Assembly (NCBI GenBank): GCA_009103225.1
Contig: RHPI01002119.1
Span: 186,001 to 250,000 of the forward strand
Reading direction: 5' to 3'
Source: Chlorokybus atmophyticus
Taxonomy: Eukaryota > Plantae > Mesostigma and Chlorokybus algae
DNA: 64,000 nucleotides
The translations under genes were made by a program, and so were the position numbers. Below are positions 1-12,799 of this stretch, one piece after another (within the stretch, counting starts at the first letter, position 1; each line of letters starts with the position of its first letter). The notes under the pieces were generated by a model. The model did not search any database. It saw only the letters and a program-made list of their open reading frames with translations, and was not told the origin of the DNA.

Positions 1-2141
1 TAGTCTTTGACGCAAACCACACGCTCACGTGGACAAAAGGTAAGCTGCTTTCTTGGTGACATCTGCTGTTTGACAGAAACTTGAATTCAGCTGTGTTGAA
101 GTGAGCTTTCAAGCATGTCGTTCACCTTTCAGTTCACTCACTATCTGCTTAGCTGTCTTGCCGTTGACAGTCCTTGCCCTGGTTGCTGTGTTTGTGCTTG
201 TTGATTCATTGACCAGTTGCGATATGCTGACTTTGAGGCTGTCTTCTGCTAGATGCCATCTTCCAACAGCTGAAAATGCTGTATTGGAGCTGTCTTGCCG
301 TTGACAGTCCTTGCCGTTGGTACTTTGCTGTACTCTTATCTGCTTGTGTTGCAGCACAAATCAAGCAGCATGTACTGGTGCTGCAGTACTCCGTTGGCAC
401 GAAGCGCGGCAGTGGTACCGGGAAGAGCGTCCAAGAACGCAACGAGGCCAAGAAGCAAAGGCGTGGCAGCGACAGAGAAGTTGCACAAGGCAGCCGCGCT
501 GCTCAAGCTGGAGCTGGCTGGGGCATGACAATTTGTCTGGGGAGGGACATGAGGGCCAACCAGCAGGTGGTCATGCTTGCGCCTTTAACCGCTCTTCCTC
601 TCACAAATGCTCAGTACCGGGCCACTTGGCTAAAGGAGAGGTAAGCAACCATGGTGCTGTCGGTCGACTGTCGGTCCTGTTGTACTGTTTTGCTGAGCTG
701 CTGCCTCCATGCATACTGGCTTAACACATGGTGCCTGCTACTCTGAATGCTACTCTGCGTGTCACGACAGGGGTGCGGACGGATTTGCTGAAGATCAGGT
801 GTTCGACATTTGCAACAACGCAGTAGTTGTTGGCGTCGCCACCATCGATTCCGTATGCGAGCCAGACCAACCAATGCGCACGTATCTAGTCTCTGTTAAC
901 CACTGGATGGCAATGAGAAGTGAGGATGGCAACCTTGCCGTTCAACTACCTGTGCAAGAAAGGCATTTTCTCTATGGCACGCCGACAAGCAGCTGCCATG
1001 GTGGGCGTACTCTGGAGGTACATTGCTTGCTGTGGATATGCACATGCTCCTGCTGTGACTGTATGGTGTAGTGTATGAGCATTTCTTGTGTTAAACACAA
1101 CAACATGCAGGGCAGGGAGATGGAGTGGCCCGTGATGTTCTTGGCCAGCGGAGGCATCTGCCCCTGTGAGGCATGCGCTAACGATGAGCGCATTGCGGTG
1201 CCGGGTTGCATCAAGGACCGGCTGCCTACGCCCGCAGCCAGGCACAGCACAGACACAGAGGTTAATAAGGGCTGTTGTTAGGCTGCTGTCACATGATGAA
1301 CAGTCGCCAATGCAGCCATTGATCACGCCTTGACAGTCGCAAAGTGCATTACATGTTGCAGTTCTTGACAGTCATCAACGCACTGCAGACTGTCAATGGT
1401 ATTGACAGTCGCCAATGGACTGCACTGACCACTCTGGGTCCTGGGCAGGTTGCTGGGGCGATCTCTGACTGTGAAGATGAAGAAGCCGCCGCCATGGACT
1501 TGCGAACTGCAGCGGGGATCGTGTGCAACACCAAGCCCAACGCCCCCACCAAAGAGGAGGCAATGGACATGTATGAGTACTACCACCACATCGAGCACAC
1601 ACTGTTCCACAATGGTCACCAGCTGGCATTCAAGGACCCCGACCGAATGGAGCGTGTGCCAGACGAGCTGATCTTGAGAGCCATTGTCAGCTTTGCTGCC
1701 AGGAAAAAGTGGTTGGTGTCCAACAAAGATGTTGAAGGAGGGTGCGAGTGGGGATCCAATCGCAAACTACCAGGTATGCATACTTCACTGCAGCAAGTTA
1801 ACGACAGTCCTTTGCTGGTTTTCAAGAGTGATGATTTGGTACAATGCAGGGCTTTTGAGCGAGGCAAAGAAGAGAAAGCCATTCCGACTCAAGAGGCAGT
1901 GGACGCGACAGCCCTCGTCATCCTCCTAGGTGGGTGGTTTCCTGTGCTATGGTCAAGTTACTGTTTGTGTAAGCACGTGACAGTACAGTTGTTGTGCAGA
2001 GCTCAACAAGCACTCGCTGAGTGTTTGCAAGAGATGCTGTTGAGCAAGGCTGTCGCGGGTGTCTTCACATTGGGGCTGAATCAACCAGGGAGAGCACAAG
2101 TCTGGCTTCCAGGCGAAGGTGCTGGCAACACAAGAGACTGA
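1..2141 (+). CDS. 5'-truncated multi-exon hypothetical protein with Cys/His clusters, possibly transposon-encoded
   Basis: Successive open segments are bounded by AG/GT sites (~395-640, ~725-1017, ~1110-1260, ~1447-1772, ~1850-1928, ~2010-2141): HACAFNRSSSHKCSVPGH, CYSECYSACH, CPCEAC, YYHHIEHTLFH. No family recognised. A subterminal-type repeat array follows immediately. Confidence 0.4.
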
Positions 2142-2319
2142 TGTTGTTAGCTGCTCCTGTTACCTCCTGTAACCGCAGCTTGAAGTGCATGTAGGAGACT
2201 GTAGCTACAGTCTCACTGGCTTGACACTGATGGGCTGTCGTTTGACAGTCCATTACAGCATTTCTGTGAATTGCATGCGTGTCGGATTGTATGCACCGGG
2301 CACGGTGCAGGCACCAGTG

Positions 2320-2995
2320 CTAAGACCATGCATGGATTCAATGGCTGTGACATCATGACAGACCATGCATGGTGCGACTGTCAATCAGACCATGTGGTGC
2401 GTTGTCTGTTAGGACCAGACATGGTGCCGCTTGTGGACCATGCATGGCTTCAATGACTGTGACATCATGATAAACCATGCATGGAGCGACTGTCAATCAG
2501 ACCATGTATGGTGCGTTGTCTGTTAGGACCATGCATGGTACCGCTTGTGGACCACATATGCACAACAAAGTCCGTATCCATGGACCGTGCATGGTGCGAC
2601 TGTCGATCAGACTGGCACCATAAATGGTCCACTGAGCCAGGAGGGCAGCGCACCATGCATGGTCTGAAATATGTCAGTTTAAAATAAGACTTCCGGTCCG
2701 TATCCATGGACCGTACATGGTGCGACTGTCGATCACCAGACATGTGGAAGTAACAAACCATGCCTGGTCTTCTGCGCCAGGGGGCATTGCACCATACATG
2801 GTCCTTGCAAACTCATACAAACAGGTCACCATACATGGTGCGACCCCAAAAAAACATGGGACCGTTCACGTGAGGTTTGGACCATGCATGGTCCGACTGT
2901 CATTGACAGTCCGACCATATATGGTCCACCAATTTCACTTAGCAGGGGAAAATCCCGGTCCAGAGGTACGGACCATTCATGGTCCTTTGACGTCA
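2320..2995. repeat. Array of ~17 copies of the palindrome ACCATGCATGGT and variants, including ~113-bp and ~126-bp tandem duplications; probable DNA-transposon subterminal region
   Basis: Copies read directly at ~2326, 2362, 2438, 2475, 2501, 2528, 2584, 2651, 2710, 2757, 2791, 2829, 2881, 2914 and 2972. Segment 2324-2436 is near-identical to 2437-2550. Confidence 0.8.
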
Positions 2996-3503
2996 ATCGG
3001 TGTGCATGTATCGCTGATGCAATGGCACACCACATGCATGCACAGTCGCACAGCAGCACAAGGACAAGCAGCTCAGCAGAGGCAAGCACAATGAATTAAC
3101 GGTAGGGGCAGCTAGACTAGATGCATGCACCTAGCTAAGTGCAAGGTATATGTGCAAGTGTACAAAAGCCAAAAGCGCTATCGTGTTTGTTAAGACAAGC
3201 ATCATTGAAGCTATAATCACATGTGAGTGCCTGCATAATTACTTGTACTTAAGTGCAACAAGCGGTTTCTACGACATGTATGTGCCACTTGGTAGGACAG
3301 CAAGTTACAAACAATCGGTATCACTAATTGCACACTTGACGCTGTTGACAACATATTATGCCGCAACAAATTACGATAGTTGTTGTGGAAATCCCTGCCA
3401 TGTAAGTGGCTACCATCGTGTACAAAAAATGTAAGGGGTCACGCACATGCAAGTATCACCGCACTCATTACATATTTGAGCACAGCACACCTCTGACACT
3501 ATG

Positions 3504-3537
3504 CATGACATGACATGACATGACATGACATGACATG
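3504..3537. repeat. (CATGA)n microsatellite
   Basis: catgacatgacatgac... read directly. Confidence 0.9.
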
Positions 3538-4654
3538 CGTGTGACACTAAGTAGGCGACTTACCTAGCATACCATCTGCACCATTGCCACCATGCTCTCA
3601 CATACGACACCAATACCACCGGGCTACACACTAACCTAGTGCTACTACGCTACTCTCTAAGCACAACGCTGACTAATTACCTACCATGTTAGCCATGCAC
3701 AGGGTATGAGTCATATGCATGCATGGCAATTCATACGGTTGTTACCTGCACGCATGTGCAGCTAATCAGTTTTCAAGTTCTTTGCGGCAGCCCGCAGCTT
3801 GAGCAGCTTACGGACACCCCCTCCCACTCCGTGATGTGTACATAAGTTTCCAAAACTATGTGATTATATCTACGTGCGCAAGGAGATGAATACATCAATA
3901 CAACTAGACACGTGTGCAATTGATACCATACGGCTATTTGTGTACACCATAAGTGAGGCTGTTGTACGCATGCATTGCACCGCCATGCGCCACAGATAGC
4001 AAGCCACGCGCACCTCAATGCTGCATGTACGACCTGTACATAATGCGTGTAAACATGCAGTCATGGCTGGCGCAGAGGGGGAGGGGGGCAACATGCAAGC
4101 ATAGCAGCCACATGTAGTATGCATGACAATGTACATTTACTTAATGTGTACAACAGGAGTATGCTACTATTTTGCCTATGGGTGTGACACGTATTGCACC
4201 TTTTGCAACACATTGCAACACATTGCAAACTAGTGGTTGTGTGGCACAGCAAGGACAACTCAGCACAACTCCCCCGTCGTTTTTTTGTACACAAGGCAGG
4301 CACAGGCAAGGCCTGTGCCTGCCTTGTGTGCTGAGTTGTCAAGCACAGCAAGAAGCACATAAGCAAGACAAGCACTGGGGGCCCCTATCATGACCAGGCT
4401 GAAGCTAAGCGCAGACAGGCACGCATACCAGCAGCCAGTCCTGTGCACATGCAGCACTGCGCTGACACACAACAATGCTATCTACATGCCAACAGCTTAC
4501 TCCGACAGTGCAATACATAAAAAGGTAGTTCCACATACAAGCAGTAGTTTGTTATTACCAAACTGCCCTTGAACAACCCTAATCGAGCCTCACCATATGT
4601 TACAGGCACCATGCATCAGCTTGCATGGGTGCACGTCCAGTAACCTTGACCACC

Positions 4655-6302
4655 TTACTTGGCCACAACTTCAAGAAACTTGTCGTTGAAGTCCTCTACC
4701 ATACCCGGGTGCTTGCCGCACACAAGGTTGCCATCAATGACGAGCTCGGCCGTGCCCTCTGCACAATATGCGCTTTGTTAGAACTTGTGTGGCTACATTC
4801 ACCCACACATGTATTGCAAACAAGAAGCAATTGTGCATGGCTGAAGCACGCACCTCCATCGTACACAATGTCAGCGCCAGCAGCCTCGACATCACTGATG
4901 ATGTTGTGCGCGCAAGTCACCTTCTTGCCTGCAAATAAGATGGTGCTTGCATCAATGACAAGTTGGCGTGAGCAGGGCGTGCATTGTTGCATACTTACAA
5001 CCGTGCAGGTCACCTACTGAGGTGCTATAACAATAACAAAATGCACATGACAGATTCTCACCGCGGATAAGGTCAGGGTCTGCGCAGAAAAGCCACAGCG
5101 AGTGGCAAATGTTGCCAAGGGGAACATTGTGCTGCATGGCCTGACGCATGAACTCCACTGCCGGAGCATCGTTCTGCAGTCAACACACTTATCAGTCACA
5201 CGCACGCTTTGCACGTCATGAATACATGTCTGGTCAAGCTAAAACGGGCAACTCACCTTCTTGCCTTTCCACACCTTGGGCTGATATCTACACACACCAA
5301 ACCAAGCATGATAGCGTGAGGCGATGTAAGAGTGTCAAACCAAACACCTGCTAACAAAACTCAACAAAGTGTTTACCTCAAGCGGTCGGTGGCATAAGCT
5401 CCAATGATGAGGAGACCCTTGTAGTCGCGGGGATCCACCTTGCTGACGCACGTGTGCACGAGCACACTCTCTTCAATCTTGCCCTCATTGGGGTTGGAGG
5501 TGAACACCAAGCTGGCGTTGCCCCACAGGTATGACAGATACTCCACATCATAACCAGCCTGCAACCCATGCATGTGTCAAAGATCCGCACAACACACAAT
5601 GTCGCACCCGTGCTTGCATGCGTATAAACCCAAGGCACTTACGTTTGCGTAGTAGGCGTTGTAAGAGCGGTACTCGAAGGGGTCGAAGTGCTCCTCAACA
5701 AGGATGCCCACCTTGCCCTTGGGGAAGCCGGCGCGCGAGGGGAAGTAGCCCACCTGTGCACACAGGGTGGGAAGTGTCACATCACAACACAATGCGGGAG
5801 CACAATGCTTGACGAGTAGCTGTTGTGTCAAGCTGACCGAATACACGCACGCAAGTCTTATTTACCCGTGTTAACAAAATGCAACATGTGTAAAGACTAA
5901 GGTGGCTTGAATTTTCTCACATAGATGCAAGCACCGCAGGTGTGTCGTGAAAGGTCAATTGTCACATGCAATACTTGAATTGCACTTTACGCACACGCAC
6001 AAACCGCCAGATTCTCATGTGCCTTGCAACACAGCAACAAGACCTCCTGGACAAAAAGTATAACAACAGCATACCACAGGTGCAGGTGCGGTGGAGATGG
6101 CGCACTGGACCGCGGTAGATGCTCTGCGCGAAGAGGCAGCGCGCATGCGAATGGCGAGGGCGTCGCCACGCAGCGACGCTCTTGCAGCCAGAGCTGAAGC
6201 CTTGTGCGCGGCTTTTGTGGGAGCAGCAGCTGTCGCCTGCTTGTGCACAGCAGCAGGCGAAGCTACATACATTGCGCGAACGGACACCGCAGCCATCGCC
6301 AT
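4655..6302 (-). CDS. Plastid-targeted single-domain DJ-1/PfpI family protein (glyoxalase III/deglycase-like)
   Basis: Spliced model with in-frame GT-AG junctions: exon 6302-6075 (Ala/Ser/Arg-rich transit peptide), 5753-5643 (KGKVGILVEEHFDPFEY), 5558-5377 (GYDVEYLSYLWG...DYKGLLIIGAYATDRLR), small exon ~5288-5258 (YQPKVWKGKK), ~5173-5062 (APAVEFMRQAM...GNICHSLWLFCADPDL), ~4933-4859 (KKVTCAHNIISDVEAAGADIV), last exon (LVIDGNLVCGKHPGMVEDF...K*). Stop TAA at 4655-4657. Confidence 0.88.
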
Positions 6303-7530
6303 GGTTGATACAATGCAGGCTGAAGCTTGAGCTGGAGCTGGCTCGTAAACTCTGTGCAGCAGGCATTTACCAGCGGTAAGGGGAAGCTGCATGCCTGTGC
6401 TAGCTAAAGCTGACCCCAACCCTTGTGCAATACGTCACAGCAATGCCATGTGGTGGGCTTCGGTTATCTTTCAAGTCAACCAACAAGTGCAGTAACTGAA
6501 ACGTAGAAAACTGGCTACGGAATTCTACATGCAAGTTGCTCAAAAGGTGACAAAGACGCTCAGTTCGGAACCGGACTCGTAGGAAGTGTAGAGAAGAGGG
6601 ACAATAGTGAAACCTTGCATTGACCTGACAGATTGCACAGACGGAGGCGGCGGCGCCACTACACTTGTTCTACTGCTTGCACCTTGCTCAGAAGCGGGCC
6701 AGAAAGCTGCCAACTCACTCGTTTTGTTTTAGAGGAGTGCAGCGTACACAACGAGATGCACAACGACCACACCAAGAATGCTTTGTAGACGAGAAGACTC
6801 TGTAGACACACACCTCGTGCTCCTTGACTTTTTCCTCCCCCTCGTCCGCCCGCTGCTCTGCCGCCGCCGCCCACCTCACAGCTAGGCGTTGCTCCGCTTG
6901 TTATCTTTAGGCCTGCTGCGTCGCCTTCGCTGGGAAAAGGGAAAACAATGCAATGCAGTGTCTCAGTCAAGGCGATTCATGTGCTCGCGCGTAACGAACT
7001 CCGCTCGGCCGGTCACTGCATGAGTAAGTAGATTGCTATTACCGGTAGTAAGACTGTGACTGGCATAGTATCGACCGGTGGTTTGCGGACTTTGGGTAGT
7101 TTGACAGGTCAATGCGATCGGGGTGGCGTCGCGACCTTGGGCGCAGCGCGGTTCTTGCAGAGTACGGCGTAGCGTAAGGTGCCCTAACTTCGGACTGATC
7201 TCAACTTCGGACAGCCTGCCCCGTCGCGCCGGACCGTGCCAGCTGTGCGCAACACTCTGAGTGTCGCCGCCGTACTAGAAACTAAAGCACCCAGTGACAC
7301 TCAAGGGTCGCGCACTATATAAAGGAGTATCGGTAACAGGTGGGCATTGTTTGTTCGAAGTTGGAATCGCGTACGGAGAGTGCCCGGGTGTGGGGCAGCC
7401 GAGTCGTGCCGGTCATATATCCAAGCCGACACCATGAATACTTCAACCAATTATTGAAATATAGGGTATTTTGAGACCTTTGATGCTGCGTTGACAGCAC
7501 CGTCAAATTCGTCGTGGGCTGTACAATAGA

Positions 7531-10500
7531 TAGAGTTGTCTTAACCGGACGGGGTGCCGTCCAGTTGTGTTAATTACCGGATCTTAACCATTATTAACCG
7601 ATCTTAACCCGGGTTAAGCAGCCGTCAGCAAGCTACGGCTGCAGCAATTGTATTTGAGTTACAGCGTGTCTGTATGGAGTAATGAGCGTACTCAACATGC
7701 TAGCACGCGACACTGCGTCATGTGCGACAGCCAGAGGCGCTGGCTGCCATGCAATCCACCCAACAAATGCATTGTGGCAGCAAAGTAACACAGCTTTGAA
7801 GTATTTTCATGTTGACATTGGCACATAGAACTGTTCATGTAGCTACCTTGTAGCTACCTATGCTTGCTACTAGCAAGTTGCTAGTGTTTGTTAAACTACT
7901 CACAACTTGCATACAAGTCGTCCATATCTAAGCCTGGTAAAGTATGTGCGAACAGCCTGTTCAAAGGACACTTGTAGGAAGTGCGCACCATCACCTCTTC
8001 CGTATCGTCTGCTATGCTTGCTTCATTGTCAAACACGCGAAACCATGTTCCTAATGCGGCGTCCAACTCTCCATCATCAAGTATTTCACCATCAACTAGT
8101 AAACTTGCTTGCTCCTGAAGCACGTCATGTTCCGTTGCAGGTTGACCAGTAACATCATTGTGAACAGCCAGCAAGTCTTCATCTTCAAGCATATTATCAG
8201 CATCCGAGAGGTATCTAGCTTGGTACTGTACTTGACGTTGAGATATGCTTTGACGCTTGACTGACTTGGGGTTAGCTTCATGCAATTGAGCCTTCACTTG
8301 AGCCACCTTGACCGCCTTCTCCCAAGCAAGGCGATTTCTCACCTTTGTCATAATGCCCCCAAGCACGGACCACACGCGTTCGAGACCAGCAGCGTGCACT
8401 GCTATGGAAAACAGGAACAATGCCAGCTTGGAGAGTTCAGGTGATGCGTCTATCATGAGACGCCAATACACCCTTGGATCTTCCTTTGGCATGTTATATG
8501 AGTCAAGGTTGCTGAACACGCCAGACTTGCTGTTGTAGAAAGCGAACTGACACGTAGACAACTATGTTACGCATGCACTGGTTAAACAACAATGTGTCCA
8601 TTGCTGAGCGTCACCTTATGCACACACACACCTGACTCATAAGGTTTCTTGCACCTTCATGATTGTTGTAGATCTGGTGATACATGGTCTTTGCCAGGTC
8701 GGCCAAGTTACTTGAATATGTGATGGCTTCGAACTTATTTAGATGCACTTTGCGCTTGCCAGGGTGAAGGACATAGCTCAAAACATATAGAGCCTGGTCC
8801 ATTGCAGCCCACCGCTTCTGCATATGTGGCAGCGAATGTTAATGGTGCAGACGTTGCAGCATTTATGCGCTCGTAGACATACCTCAATGCTGTCTTGCAG
8901 CACCCTCCGAGTGTGCACATCCTTGATGTTGCGGAAGTGCTTGCTTAACTTGCCATAACCTTCAAACACATTATCCAATCGTGCCGTATCAGACTCCAGC
9001 GCACGGTTTACAACCTTCAAGGGCATCAGCTGGCGAGCGATCTGCACAAGAGCATGCAGTCGTCAAGCACTTTGCACCCACACATAGTAAGCTACACGGC
9101 ACTTGCGTGCATACCTCTTCTAAAGTCTCCAAGAATCTGTAGTCTTCCACCTTGCGCAGTAGTTCATTAGCCTTCTGCTGACTTTTTCTTGATTTGTCTA
9201 TCCCCTCAAGCAGTTGCCTCTTGGATTGCAGCACAAGAGCGCGCATGCTGGTCGAAACCTGCATGAGCAAGTATACAATCAGTGAGCATATGCATGCTTG
9301 TGCATGATGTCGTGCCTTACCTCTAGCAACCTTGTGATGGAGTCTACTTGAGAGCCCCATCTTGTCACTACTGGCAGCACGAGTGCCAGTGCTGTTTGCC
9401 TCGCTCGCATTGCTTCTCATGCAACAAGGCATAAGGCACACTATGGTTGAGAAACCAGACAATGATATCATTAGCTTCCTTACAAGCTGGTATAAACCGG
9501 CTGTCTTTTTGCTTAAAGTAGTCTCCAACCATCAGGTTGATCTGATGAGCGTAACAGTATAACGTCACAATGTCAGGCCTGTTCTCGTGCATGATGCGAC
9601 GAGCCTTGGCACAGTTGCTGGCATCATCAGTAAGGACACACAGCACTCGCGCCTTTAAGCTTTCAACATACGCAATCTCTTCCATCAGCTGAGCAGCAGT
9701 GTAATCCCCTGTCTCACGCTCAGCTGACACATTCAACGCACGACGTGCAACCACCTGCGACAGCAGCATCAGCAATAGAGTGCAGGCAGTGCTGATGCAC
9801 AGTGCAAACAATGTACAACAGTACACTTACCTCCCCATTCGGGGTGACCAGGCAAAAACCCAGCAACTGTTCTTTCTTGATGTTGGTCCAACTGTCAATA
9901 ACAATAGTAACACCTGCAAATGAAAGACAATGTGAACAGACATGCTGATGCCCTATACACAAGCGGCCCGTATGCGCATGCATGAGCTAACCTTTGTCAA
10001 TGTTCTCTCCGCCATCACCAGCAATAGTTGCCTCCATCTTCTAACTGCAATTGCTGCTGCGCGATCCAATATTGGCCCCGCCAATGCGACACGGGATGGT
10101 AGCGTGATAGCAGGGCGCATGCACTTGAAAAGTGCTTGTACTAGACGATTAGCTACCCATGCAAAGGGTAGGTTTGCTGATATTGTAGCATATAGTACAT
10201 CTAACTCAAACTGTGCTCTGTCAGTACCAACCAAGGGCTTATCAGCATATGTGAATGCGTTGAAAACTTTGTGGTTGGTAACTGCCGCTGCTTGCGCTTG
10301 ATCAAGCTTGCGCTTTTGCCAGCTTGCTTTCTCTGGACGACTGACAGACAGATTCTTGATAACGCTCCACTTTGTACGAATTTCTGCTTCGACATGCATA
10401 CATGACGATAAATGGCGTATCATGTCACGAGCCTGATTGATGGTGTGACCATGTTTGCCAGTTGGGATTGCAACACCTGAGTATGATTACTTTCATTATA

Positions 10501-11022
10501 CACAGCATGCACTTAAGCTGCATGCTTCACATGCATGTCAATTGCACGTAGAACTACACACATACCGTTCTGGTCACACGCCTTGCAAATGCAGTAACGA
10601 TGATAGCCACTAGCGACATGCTCTGTGTCCTCAAAGTGCGACTTCAACTTAGCTGCGTCATACGCCTTGTCTGACGAGCTATTGCCGCTAGATGCAGCTG
10701 TATCACTGGCCATTGCAGCTGACTGGCTGCAGCCTACACACACGCGCGCATTCCGCCGCCGCCGCCGCCAGGGTCTGCACTGCCGCCAGCGCCGGCTTAA
10801 CAACTCGACTGTGCAGATATCCGCCATTAGCTGTGTATAGCACGCATACAGCGGACATCTGCAAAGTCCTTGCAGCGGTGTACAGCGACTTGCAGAGTGC
10901 GAGATACGCAGCAAAATGACTGCTTAACCGCGCTTAACCGGAGGCTGATTTTGAGGTCTCCGGTTTCTAACCGGGGTTAAGCAGTTAAGTACAGTTGTGA
11001 GTTGTCAGTTACGACAACCCTT
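7531..11022 (-). mobile_element. hAT DNA transposon
   Basis: Imperfect 17-bp TIRs: TAGAGTTGTCTTAACCG vs AAGGGTTGTCGTAACTG (13/17). TTAACC subterminal repeats at both ends. Flanks gtacaataga and gtcaataga resemble a decayed TSD. Contains a hAT transposase. Confidence 0.8.
7896..10713 (-). pseudogene. Intron-containing hAT transposase (BED-like finger, DUF659-type core, dimerisation domain), frameshifted
   Basis: Motifs CKAC...HLSSC, IDSWTN, LTDDASNC, CYAHQINL, VTRWGS, LHP and AAGLERVWS. One-base frameshifts near ~10022 (AVR/KMEATI) and ~9395 (GKQ/ALALVLPVVTRW). Confidence 0.88.
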
Positions 11023-11081
11023 GTCAATAGATGCTTACTAGTGAAAAGGTGTCCGAAGTTAGGGCACCTACCCTAACCGTA

Positions 11082-12500
11082 ACGCAGCCTGACGGTCAGG
11101 CTACGGGACAGCTGCAGCTGGCTGACGCCCTCAGCCTGAGGGGCCTCATTTTCTTGGGTTGTCCGGGTCGCTGGCCGGCTATTCCGGTCTACACCGACGT
11201 TGGGGTTTTGGACGTCGAGGGTCGACGCTGACTGCTGTTGTTGACCGTGCACGAGTCTGCGCAGACTGATGTGGTTTGTCGGTGCTGATCCGCGTGACTA
11301 TGCCAGAGCACTTTTGTCGGCGGTCGTACAAGCGGTTGGCAAACCGTTGGGACCTATTGAGGTGGGCGGGGTTACATTTGCCGCCGTCAGCGTCGACGTA
11401 GGCAGCCTGCCATAACCCTGTCAGGCACTGTCTACCACAACCAATAGTCAGTCGATGCCGACTCGTTGGACCCATCACACCTGGACTGCAGCTTGGTCCT
11501 TGTAGAGAGGGAACCATGCAGTGAGCCATGGTCTGGTCAGTGGTAGATGTGCGACCACTTATGCGCGCCAACGGCGTTCAGATGGTTTCTATTAGGCCAC
11601 TTCATCAGTGGCATCCTTCTCGGACTCATTATCTGAGATGGGAGAGTTTTAGTCAGGGTTGTGGGTGCCTATTGCTGCTGACCTGTTAATGGTTGTCGAA
11701 ACCGACCTGTAAGTGGCTGTTGCAGCTGACCTTTGGTGAGAGCGAGTGCGAGCCACCAGCTCGAGAGGCAGGTATCCTTGCACCTCTCCATTCTTCTCAT
11801 CCAAATGGGAACGAAACCATGCCTTCTCTGTCTAGCAATTCAGCCCCATGCCACATGACCGTTGAAGTCATGTCCCAGCAGCAGGTCGAAGAATCCCGCG
11901 TTGGTGATACCACACTTTTATATGATCTCGGTGTTGTGGGAAGGGTCCAACCCTGTCAAGCGAATGCAGAGGGTTTGCTTAGTGATGCCAATCGCCTTGT
12001 CTTGGCTGCCGGTTGCTGTATCGAGCACGTATGGGCAGGGCATCAGCTTAGCGCTGGTGATGCCAAAGTCGCGTGCGAGGTAGCGTCCGATGATGATGGA
12101 CTGGGCTCTAGAGACCAGCATCACGCGCTTTAGTGCTCAACCGTTGATGGTAATGCTTGCCTTTGTTGACGATCATGACTTCATTAGCGTTTGATGCGCA
12201 GACGCTTGAACCGTTGATAGCGTCTGCGTGGGGTAACTGCTGCTGCAATCTTCTCCAGTGATGTCGAGCGCAGTGCGGCACGCGCCCCTCCACTGGCTGG
12301 GTTTTGAGAACCTTCTTGTCCGCGGCCTGCCCGAACCGTCCTTGTCTTAGCTGTTGGTATACTCGCTGCGGCTTAAGTGCTGGCGGTGCAACCTGTGGCT
12401 GCCCTGGTTGTGACGCAGAGGGATCACATCAACATCCACGCCGACTCAGCGCCGGTCACTGATGATCGCGCTGCACTTGCGCAGACCCGACAATCAAATG
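11082..12500 (-). mobile_element. Degenerate LTR-retroelement remnant with dead aspartic protease
   Basis: 11860-12124 translates as MLVSRAQSIIIGR...LMPCPYVLDTATGS...GITKQTLCIRL...ITNAGFFDLLLGHD. This is colinear with LLDTGAQPVMLGR...LEPCPFNIETALGA...VTNSTSFDLLVGQD of the ORF at 21624-23531. The catalytic DTG is lost and stops are present. Confidence 0.65.
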
Positions 12501-12799
12501 GGCCTTTTTGAGCTAAGCTGAATACAGCTTACCTCCGACTATAGCACTCCCAGATAGTTGGAGCTGTAAGGGTTAGTTAATCAGAAGTGAAAAGTGATGA
12601 TGGTCACGGCAAGCGCGTGTGTGTTTGCAAGGTCGGCGGTTAGTTGACCGGGTAAGAAATCGAGCACTGATCGGTGCACCGGCTGCTTCTGATTAGCTGG
12701 GGCGACATTACAATGTTCAATTATTGGATTCGCGCAAAGTATATGCGAGCCATCCAAAGCGCGTCTACAGCTTTTGACAGTGTTATGAATTCTCATGTA

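Larger units (their letters stand above)
7165..11079. mobile_element. Tc1/mariner-type MITE (~415 bp when empty) interrupted by a hAT insertion
   Basis: Inverted termini share a perfect 19-bp core: AGGTGCCCTAACTTCGGAC at 7177-7195 and its reverse complement at 11051-11069. Both termini begin CGG and are flanked by TA (7163-7164 and 11080-11081). Confidence 0.75.

Noticed and set aside
2320-2995. CRISPR-like array of palindromic repeats
   Set aside because: Spacers are themselves duplicated and irregular, the context is eukaryotic, and no cas genes are present.
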